A DNA stretch of 48,179 bases from the sequence record OZ503099.1, one strand, 5' to 3'. This document shows positions 41,129 to 48,179 of this stretch, piece by piece. The notes below the pieces were generated by a model that made no database searches, was not told the origin of the DNA, and saw only the letters and a program-made list of their open reading frames with translations. How positions within the stretch are numbered: the stretch's first letter is position 1; each line of letters begins with the position of its first letter. A program made the translations under genes and the position numbers. The stretch is from a phage.

Positions 41129-43062
41129 TGCATAAAATAGACAAGATGATTTCAGAAATTGATATAGATAAATTAAAGAAATCAATAAAACTAGGCTCCA
41201 TAGAGCCATATGATTACCAATGGCTTGTTTACGCAAAGTGCGCTGAGGTTATTCGTAATTTTGGAAAGAAACCTGAACCAAGCTATGTTACAGCGTCTGT
41301 TTCATCAGGAAAGACCGTGATGATTTCAATGCTTTGCAGTAGATTTCAGGATATGGGGTGGGAGGGTCTTGTAATCTCAAGGCAGGGCGAGATAGCTGAG
41401 CAGAATGCTGAAATGATGTGGGAGTGTGGTGTAAAAAACTCTCTTTATAGCGCATCTCTTGGTAGGAAAAGTACAGCATACCCTATTATATGCGGCACTG
41501 AAGGAACAATAGTTAACGCACTTTTTGATAAAAAAGATGAATCAAATGGTGACGTTAAGAAAGGTGGGTTGAGTGATTTTACCCCAAGATTTTGCCTTTG
41601 CGATGAAGGGCACCAAGTACCGTGGCAGGATATTGTCGGTGGTGATCCAACAACACAGTATGGCGTTATACTGACCGAGTTAAATCGACGCTGTAAGGCA
41701 AAGTATGGCCATGACATGATAACTATCGGATTCACTGGAAGCCCTTTCCGTGGCACCGAGTCAATGAAAGGTGCGTATTGGAAGAATGAAATAATAAACA
41801 TTGACACAAAGTACATGGTAGATCGCGGATTTGTTGTTCCAACAATCTTTGGCCTTCATGATGTTGATGATTTGCAATACGACCTTTCATCATTTCATGG
41901 CTCTGATGTTGACGGAACGCAGGATTTCACCGCAGAACAACTCAAGCAGATGCAGAAAGAAATTCTTGATCAAGGTACGCTAACGCAAAAAATAATGATG
42001 AAGGTTGTCGAACTAACAAAAGACCGGAATGGGGTTCTGATTACCTGTGCAGGGAAGAAGCACTGCTTGGAAGCCGCTAAATATTTACCTGAAGGAAGTT
42101 ATGCGATTGTCACCGAAGATATGGGGCAAAAAGCAAGGCGCAAAGCTCTAAAGGATGCGTACACTGGCAAAATAAAATACACATTCCAGATCGCCGCGCT
42201 TACAACTGGCGTTAATATCCCCTTATGGGATGTAAGCGTGATATTACGAAAAATAATGTCGCTAACTCTCCTTGTCCAGCTTCTTGGTCGCGGTATGCGC
42301 CTGCTGAAGAAGGAGCAAATTGATGCCGGGTATCATAAAGAAGACCATCTGGTTCTTGATTTCTCAGGAACGATGTTTGAGCTTGGTCAGTTGTATGAAG
42401 ACCCGATTCTGGAAGAGGCAGAAGCGCAGCGTTCAAAACGCAGTGGTGAACAGGTTCCGTGCCCGAAATGCGGAACGATGAACAGCCCATACGCTCGTCG
42501 CTGCATTGGCAAAGATGCATTGTCGCCAGATGGTCGTTGCGAAGAGTTCTTCAGTTACATCCGTTGCGGTTTCGATAAGCACGGCATCCGTATTTTTGAT
42601 GATGGATGTGGTACTAAAAACGACCCTACTGCGCGTTATTGCCGACATTGCGATCATGTTTTGCGCGACCCGAATGCTGCACTGAATGAGCGTGCGTATA
42701 CCGACAATGAATGGGCTGATGTTATGGACTTCAAAGTACAGTTGACGAAGGACGGAGAGGGAATTTTATATCGCTACTGGATTAATCGTTGTGATGGCAA
42801 AGAAGGCTGGGCTAATGAAGTTTTCTATCCATACGGTGGCGCAACTCACATGAAAAACATGTTTAAGGCAAAGGCGGTTTTTCCTCACCTTGATGATAAG
42901 TCAATGGCGGGTAAAATCCTGAAATGCCAGAACGCCAAGCAGTTCATGATGTATGCGGGATTGATTAAAGCGCCAAAACGCATCACTCATCGCATCAACG
43001 ATAAAGGCAGAGACATAATCCACCGCAAAGAATTTAAAGGAGAACAAAGTGAAGCAGCTTGA
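41128..43062 (+). CDS. ATP-dependent DNA helicase (SF2, DEAH-type) with C-terminal Cys-rich region
   Basis: Motif I ASVSSGKT, motif II CDEGHQ, motif VI QLLGRGMR; C-terminal CPKCG...RCIG and CRHCDH zinc-ribbon-like pairs. Confidence 0.8.
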   Translation: MHKIDKMISEIDIDKLKKSIKLGSIEPYDYQWLVYAKCAEVIRNFGKKPEPSYVTASVSSGKTVMISMLCSRFQDMGWEGLVISRQGEIAEQNAEMMWECGVKNSLYSASLGRKSTAYPIICGTEGTIVNALFDKKDESNGDVKKGGLSDFTPRFCLCDEGHQVPWQDIVGGDPTTQYGVILTELNRRCKAKYGHDMITIGFTGSPFRGTESMKGAYWKNEIINIDTKYMVDRGFVVPTIFGLHDVDDLQYDLSSFHGSDVDGTQDFTAEQLKQMQKEILDQGTLTQKIMMKVVELTKDRNGVLITCAGKKHCLEAAKYLPEGSYAIVTEDMGQKARRKALKDAYTGKIKYTFQIAALTTGVNIPLWDVSVILRKIMSLTLLVQLLGRGMRLLKKEQIDAGYHKEDHLVLDFSGTMFELGQLYEDPILEEAEAQRSKRSGEQVPCPKCGTMNSPYARRCIGKDALSPDGRCEEFFSYIRCGFDKHGIRIFDDGCGTKNDPTARYCRHCDHVLRDPNAALNERAYTDNEWADVMDFKVQLTKDGEGILYRYWINRCDGKEGWANEVFYPYGGATHMKNMFKAKAVFPHLDDKSMAGKILKCQNAKQFMMYAGLIKAPKRITHRINDKGRDIIHRKEFKGEQSEAA

Positions 43063-43489
43063 TAGCGGTATATGGGTATTTGATAGCGGTTATCGTGGGG
43101 AGTGTAATTCAGAGGAAACGGAACAGATGACTTATGGGTTGTGGATGGATTATCACTTCCCTGATGTCATATGGTTTCATGTTCCAAATGAGACAGGGAC
43201 AAAAAGCGGTGCGCAGTTCGTTATAAAGAGAAAAAAAATGGGCGTAAAAAGCGGAGTGAGCGACGTAATTATACTAAGCAATGGTGTTGCTCATTCTTGC
43301 GCAGTAATTGAGCTTAAGAAAGAAGATAGAGCAAAATCTCAGGTATCAAAAGACCAACGCAAATTTCTTGAGAGGGCGCATAGAGAAGGCAAGTTCGCAG
43401 CTATAGCATACGGTGCTGAACAACTAAAAAAAGCCACGCTTTTCTATTTTGGCTTGCCTTTTGATGTGGATTGGTGTAGATTCAACTAA
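43049..43489 (+). CDS. VRR-NUC-type (PD-(D/E)XK) nuclease domain protein
   Basis: GVSDVIIL...AVIELKKE arrangement typical of VRR-NUC; GTG start with AAGGAG RBS. Confidence 0.5.
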   Translation: MKQLDSGIWVFDSGYRGECNSEETEQMTYGLWMDYHFPDVIWFHVPNETGTKSGAQFVIKRKKMGVKSGVSDVIILSNGVAHSCAVIELKKEDRAKSQVSKDQRKFLERAHREGKFAAIAYGAEQLKKATLFYFGLPFDVDWCRFN

Positions 43490-43503
43490 CAATAACAAGA
43501 GAG

Positions 43504-43701
43504 GTGATGAAGATGAAATTATTCTGTGCAAGTTCAACGAGTTTCAGATTTACAGAGGGTGAGCTGTATGATGCAGAGTTCAACGGAATGCAGTTTCGCA
43601 TTAATGATGATGCAGGAAACGCATGGAATGGATGGTACGAAGATGAGTCTGGTTTTATTGTGGTAAGCATGGTTGGTGGTGATTTTGTGGAGTTTGAGTG
43701 A
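43504..43701 (+). CDS. Hypothetical small protein
   Basis: 65-aa ORF. Confidence 0.4.
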   Translation: MMKMKLFCASSTSFRFTEGELYDAEFNGMQFRINDDAGNAWNGWYEDESGFIVVSMVGGDFVEFE

Positions 43702-44657
43702 TGAAAGTGTACTTCAACAACGAACTCACAAATGGGCAGTATCACGCTGACACAGAGCACATCAACGGCTCTGGCCTGTGGAACATTTATGACAGATGTC
43801 CAGCAGCTTGGCGATACAAAGACGAAGAAGATGAGCAGTCAAAAGCTCTTGTCTTCGGAACTGGCAGCCACACAGCGCTGCTTGAGCCTGAGCGTTTTGA
43901 TGCTGAATATGCGCGAATGCCGGTTGTAGATGATTTTCCAAAAGACAAGGATGGGAAACCCACGGTACTGGTGACTACTGCAGATATGAACTCATGGGCG
44001 AAAGAGCGTGGTATCAAAGGGCTTTCAGGGAAGTCGAAAGCTGAGGTAATCAAAATCATTCAGGCGACTGGCGAACCAGTGAAAATTTACGATGTAATCC
44101 GTGAAGAGGCTGAAAAAGCTGCTTCAGGAAAGCAGATGCTGGAAGGAGGTGATTATGACGCCATTCAGCAAATGCGCGCTGTAATCCACGCAAACAGCTA
44201 TTACAGCAGTCTTCTTGCTGGTGCTTATGCTGAAGTATCAATACTCGGTGAACTTAACGGAGAAAAAGCAAAGGTTCGTTTTGACTGCCTGACAAAAGGT
44301 GGTGACATCATTGACTACAAGACAGCAGTAAGCGCCAAGCCTGATGAGTTTTTCCGTCATGCTGCGCGACTTGGGTACTTTATGAAAATGGCGATGCAGC
44401 ACGACATGTTTTGCGCGGCATATCAGCATCCGCCACGCTCTGTAAATCTTCTCGTGCAGGAAAAGAAAGCGCCGTTTATTCCTGCGTTAATTCGATTAAC
44501 AGAAGAGCAGTTGCACATTGGTCGAATTCAGTTACATGGTGCAATGGAAATTTACAAGGCGTGCAAAAAAGCCAATTCATGGCCGGGGTATTCAATGGGA
44601 AATCCAGTCATCGAAATGGAAACGCCTGAATGGTTCAAGAAACAGTTTAATTTATAA
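43701..44657 (+). CDS. PD-(D/E)XK-family exonuclease (recombination exonuclease candidate)
   Basis: VRFDC...GGDIIDYKT matches the D...D-x-K nuclease core; located beside Sak4-like ATPase and SSB. Confidence 0.5.
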   Translation: MKVYFNNELTNGQYHADTEHINGSGLWNIYDRCPAAWRYKDEEDEQSKALVFGTGSHTALLEPERFDAEYARMPVVDDFPKDKDGKPTVLVTTADMNSWAKERGIKGLSGKSKAEVIKIIQATGEPVKIYDVIREEAEKAASGKQMLEGGDYDAIQQMRAVIHANSYYSSLLAGAYAEVSILGELNGEKAKVRFDCLTKGGDIIDYKTAVSAKPDEFFRHAARLGYFMKMAMQHDMFCAAYQHPPRSVNLLVQEKKAPFIPALIRLTEEQLHIGRIQLHGAMEIYKACKKANSWPGYSMGNPVIEMETPEWFKKQFNL

Positions 44658-44668
44658 TTGATGAGGTG

Positions 44669-45715
44669 ATGCAAATGGGCATTCTAAATATTAAACCAGC
44701 AGAGCGTTCCGGTTCTCGCGTGGTCATCGGTATTTCAGGCCAATCTGGTAGCGGAAAAACATATAGCGCACTTAAGCTGGCGCGAGGCATGGTTGATTCA
44801 CCAGAAGAAATCGGCTTCCTTGATACTGAAAACGGTCGCGGTCGCCTGTACTCAAATATCCTTGATGGTAAATTCCTGCATGCTGATATGTATGCACCAT
44901 TCAGCCCTGCTCGTTACCGTCAGGCCATTGAAGAGTTTCAGGCCGCTGGCGTTAAGGTTCTTGTTATTGATTCAGGTTCGCACGAATGGGAAGGGGAAGG
45001 CAGTTGTACTGAGATTGCTGAAAAGCCACTACTTAACGGGAAAAAGATGGCTGACTGGAAGCGCGCCAAAGCTGAACACAAGAAGTTCATGAATGCCATG
45101 CTGCAAAGCAATATGCATATCATTGTCTGTCTTCGCGCTCGCCAGAAAACTGACTTCGCAAACCCGAAGGAACCTGTATCACTTGGGTTGCAGCCAGTGT
45201 GCGAGAAAGATTTCATGTTCGAGATGACCGTGAGCATGATGATGCACGATGGGGGGAAAATTCAAGAGTTCACCAAATTACCAGAAGAACTACGCCCCAT
45301 CTTCTTTGAGTCTGGTCGTGAAAGCGTTCGTCATGGATACATTGGCGAGGCACATGGTCGCGGACTCATAAAATGGGTTGACTCTGGAGTTAAAGTTGAC
45401 GAAGAGTTTGAGTCATGGCGCTCACGACTTCAGCTTTCCGCTGCAAAAGGAATGGAAGGATTGAAGGAAGAAGCAAAATCAATACCTGACAACCTGAAAG
45501 ATAAGATTCGCGCAATCTGGCCTTCTCTCGCTGCTTCTGCTGCTGAATATGATCGCATTGAGTCTTTTATCAATGATGAGCAATTATCCCCTGTGGTAAT
45601 CACTCCTCAGGATAATTTCAACCCTGCAAAACTGGCCAAACCACAACCTCAGCAACCAGAACAGCAGGAAGAAACCAAAACCGAACATAAACCAACTCCA
45701 ATTGAAGGATTTTAA
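44669..45715 (+). CDS. RecA-like ATPase of the AAA_24/Sak4 type
   Basis: VVIGISGQSGSGKTYSALKL Walker A followed by FLDTENG, as in Sak4-type proteins; adjacent to SSB. Confidence 0.55.
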   Translation: MQMGILNIKPAERSGSRVVIGISGQSGSGKTYSALKLARGMVDSPEEIGFLDTENGRGRLYSNILDGKFLHADMYAPFSPARYRQAIEEFQAAGVKVLVIDSGSHEWEGEGSCTEIAEKPLLNGKKMADWKRAKAEHKKFMNAMLQSNMHIIVCLRARQKTDFANPKEPVSLGLQPVCEKDFMFEMTVSMMMHDGGKIQEFTKLPEELRPIFFESGRESVRHGYIGEAHGRGLIKWVDSGVKVDEEFESWRSRLQLSAAKGMEGLKEEAKSIPDNLKDKIRAIWPSLAASAAEYDRIESFINDEQLSPVVITPQDNFNPAKLAKPQPQQPEQQEETKTEHKPTPIEGF

Positions 45716-45718
45716 TAA

Positions 45719-46219
45719 ATGGCACGCGGCGTAAATAAAGTAATTATTGTCGGCACTTTAGGTAATGACCCTGAAGTAAAATATTCAGCATCAGGTTCTG
45801 CTATTGCCAACCTTTCCGTTGCAACATCTGAGCAGTGGAAAGACAAGCAAACAGGAGAAAAGAAGGAGCAGACTGAATGGCATCGTGTTGTCATATTCGG
45901 GAAACTTGCGGAAGTTGCAGGAGAATACCTTCGCAAAGGTTCGCAGGTTTATATCGAAGGCCAGCTGCGCACTCGTAAGTGGACTGACAGCAACGGCGTG
46001 GACAAATACACCACTGAGATTGTCATTCCGCAGATGGGTGGCGTTATGCAGATGCTTGGAGGTAAACGCGAAGATTCTGGTCAGCAACCACGCCAGAAAT
46101 CAGGCCAACAACCTCAACAACTTCAACAACCGCAACGACAACAGCAGCAACCAAAACAACAAATCCCACAAGGAGGTAATGAGCCTCCGATGGACTTCGA
46201 TGACGATATTCCGTTTTGA
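45719..46219 (+). CDS. ssb: Single-stranded DNA-binding protein
   Basis: [17 protein letters not shown]...[41 protein letters not shown] and acidic tail [11 protein letters not shown] are near-identical to E. coli SSB as I recall it. Confidence 0.9.
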   Translation: MARGVNKVIIVGTLGNDPEVKYSASGSAIANLSVATSEQWKDKQTGEKKEQTEWHRVVIFGKLAEVAGEYLRKGSQVYIEGQLRTRKWTDSNGVDKYTTEIVIPQMGGVMQMLGGKREDSGQQPRQKSGQQPQQLQQPQRQQQQPKQQIPQGGNEPPMDFDDDIPF

Positions 46220-46239
46220 ATATAAAGAGGGAGTGTGAT

Positions 46240-46338
46240 ATGTGTAAATTAAAATGCAATTGTGGCGGCGCTGTTGATGTGCATGTAAGCGCGAACAAAT
46301 TTTATGCGCAATGTGAAAGATGCCACTATGGATGGTAG
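46240..46338 (+). CDS. Possible small zinc-ribbon protein (32 aa)
   Basis: MCKLKCNCGG...QCERCHYGW; GAGGGA RBS; not in the ORF track (below size cutoff). Confidence 0.3.
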   Translation: MCKLKCNCGGAVDVHVSANKFYAQCERCHYGW

Positions 46339-46470
46339 TAACTTTAGCTATTATAATTTATACCATTTACAAAAGCCTGATAATGCATTGGATTTGGGTG
46401 ATGTAATTCTTTACGCAGAGAATCAGATATTACTGCTGCAAGAGTTCGAAGGTGCGGAATCAGCATAGTA

Positions 46471-46494
46471 GAAAGGGGCCGAAAGGCCCCTTTG
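46471..46494. terminator. Bidirectional terminator between convergent replication and tailspike units
   Basis: AGGGGCC-GAAA-GGCCCCT hairpin between SSB-operon end and tailspike stop. Confidence 0.5.
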
Positions 46495-46497
46495 TCA

Positions 46498-48179
46498 TCA
46501 TGCCGCCAGGTATATATCACGTAACATAGCATCTGCTGATGCAGTTGCTGAGTTTATTAAAGCACGGTTTCCCCTGATACTTATGTTAAGGAAGTACCCA
46601 CCATCGGCCCCGTTATATAACTTACGTCCCAAGTTTCCAGAAAGACTACTAATCTTAAAGGTGTCATTAGTCGTCAGAGAGTTATACGCGCTTTGAGTCA
46701 CTATGTCGTTACCATTACGAATCTGTACCGACACTGAAACAGGTGTAGTTCCGATAGATCCAGAGAATAATTTCATATATGGCACTTTAGCACCAGTAGT
46801 TGTGAAGAATTGACACCCAGACAGTTTGAACCACTTAGCGAGATTTAGGTTTGTTTCCGTGACTGTCGACGCTGAGAAATCGCCCAAAAATGCGACGTTT
46901 GCGGCAGAGATGTCATGATATACATTGTCATTGGCGGTCATAGGCATTATGGCGCTATCAAACACCTTGAATGTGCCACCCGTAACTTTAATGACATTTG
47001 GCACAGTTGGCTGAGATGAACCAAACACCGCGCTAAGACTCGTAATATCAGAATCACTAATATCGTAAACCCCGCGTGTGCTTGCGACAATAGCCACGCC
47101 TTTTTTGCCGTAGCGCAAATCCCTAACCTGATTAATCTTAACGCTGATGTTTTGTTTATTACCTGTTCCGGCGAAGGTTAATCCGGCGAAGGCCCCACGA
47201 TTAATAGTCACATGGCATGTTGTATCAATAGCCATTGGCGGTGAAGTTGTATCATCTGTGTAGTACGTGTCAAGCCAGTTACCAAACCCGAAGACCAGTG
47301 GCTGGTCACAGAAGTAATCGAAGTCATCAAGAGTTATTGACTCGGGGTGCTTTAAATACTGCGGCAGGTTAGAGTAGATGAAACGTCTATAGCGTTCACC
47401 AGTATATCGGCGAAGGTGTTTAAAGCCTTTTATTGTGATGTCCCTGAATAGTCGTGGTACGACTGGGGATCCAGGTGGCAGGATATCGCCGCCCGGATTG
47501 GTAGCCGACATATTGATCATCCCACCAATGAAATAACTTGGTATTGCGTTGTTGTCGTTATAAGTAAGCCCCCCTGACACAATACTATTTTCAATATAAA
47601 TATCGCCATCGAACCAACCACCTATATCATCACGGGTTTTGATCATCGTAGTTTCTACAGGCTGGTACGGGGCATTTAATGTTTCAGGTTTGAAATCACA
47701 TCGGATAACGTCTAGCCGCCCCATGCCGCACATACTAATCCCTTTGTCACCGACGGTGCAATCAATAAGCGACGTGCGGCCTTGCATCGGTTCGTGGAAG
47801 TCAAAGCGGTTCAGTTTACAATTAATGAAAGTGGTATTAGAGCATACTTCTCCAGCACTAGAACCCCAACCAAAACCCATCGAATACTGATTGATAAACC
47901 GGCAATCGAGGCAGAAATTATAGTTCAGAGTGTATGACGAGTACGCTAGTTGCCCACTACCATTCAGCGCCACGTTAGGATGAATATCATAACCCCATCT
48001 CACCTCGCAATCGAAGCAGTTAACCATACTGATAACGTATTCCGAACCGTCATCGAGAAGCGGGCGTTTGCTAACATTCGGCCCCCATATTTCGTAGCGA
48101 CTTAATCCTTTAAGCAGTACGTTAACGGCGTGCGGCTTCTCCTCAAAATTGAACTTTGGCAGCTTAATTATGGTGGTGT
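46498..48179 (-). CDS. Tailspike protein, C-terminal part (beta-helix-like; continues at 1-1154)
   Basis: Repetitive Gly/Asn/Cys-containing segments typical of right-handed beta-helix tailspikes; frame open upstream of Met 48027 to the window end. Confidence 0.6.
   Translation of the reverse strand, partial: TTIIKLPKFNFEEKPHAVNVLLKGLSRYEIWGPNVSKRPLLDDGSEYVISMVNCFDCEVRWGYDIHPNVALNGSGQLAYSSYTLNYNFCLDCRFINQYSMGFGWGSSAGEVCSNTTFINCKLNRFDFHEPMQGRTSLIDCTVGDKGISMCGMGRLDVIRCDFKPETLNAPYQPVETTMIKTRDDIGGWFDGDIYIENSIVSGGLTYNDNNAIPSYFIGGMINMSATNPGGDILPPGSPVVPRLFRDITIKGFKHLRRYTGERYRRFIYSNLPQYLKHPESITLDDFDYFCDQPLVFGFGNWLDTYYTDDTTSPPMAIDTTCHVTINRGAFAGLTFAGTGNKQNISVKINQVRDLRYGKKGVAIVASTRGVYDISDSDITSLSAVFGSSQPTVPNVIKVTGGTFKVFDSAIMPMTANDNVYHDISAANVAFLGDFSASTVTETNLNLAKWFKLSGCQFFTTTGAKVPYMKLFSGSIGTTPVSVSVQIRNGNDIVTQSAYNSLTTNDTFKISSLSGNLGRKLYNGADGGYFLNISIRGNRALINSATASADAMLRDIYLAA
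48053..48179. repeat. Terminal direct repeat, identical to 1-127
   Basis: Exact 127-bp identity with the window start. Confidence 0.9.

Noticed and set aside
46344-46532. 62-aa minus-strand ORF at the tailspike 3' end
   Set aside because: Overlaps the terminator and the tailspike stop region; no ribosome-binding site; likely spurious.

Overview
The window is a complete, circularly permuted tailed-phage genome of about 48.05 kb (siphovirus-type, lambda-like tail gene order). The first 127 bp are repeated exactly at the end of the window (48053-48179), and one tailspike ORF of about 903 aa runs across that junction. The minus strand carries one long structural and lysis unit: putative small terminase, HNH, large terminase, portal, Mu-F-like head protein, lambda R-like endolysin, holin, Rz with embedded Rz1, scaffold/protease, decoration-like protein, major capsid, connector genes, major tail protein, chaperone, tape measure, gpM/L/K/J-like tail tip and tailspike. 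The plus strand carries a replication and recombination module (unknown four-gene operon, HNH, SF2 helicase, VRR-NUC, PD-(D/E)XK exonuclease, Sak4-like ATPase, host-like SSB) and four promoter-to-terminator islands embedded in the structural region. I found no integrase, CI-like repressor, tRNA, rRNA or CRISPR array, so this looks like a virulent phage. The best candidates for something undescribed are: (1) a compositionally foreign, translationally coupled four-gene operon (36925-39399) next to a DnaA-box-like repeat cluster; (2) an island encoding a ParB-like protein and a 179-aa truncated beta sliding clamp homologue; (3) a roughly 500-nt promoter-to-terminator unit with no ORF (10736-11228); (4) a 13-bp motif TTGAYGTAGATTG recurring at about a dozen regulatory sites. 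All functional calls come from reading motifs and gene order by eye; no database search was run. Start codons were adjusted from the ORF track where an internal ATG with a ribosome-binding site was evident.
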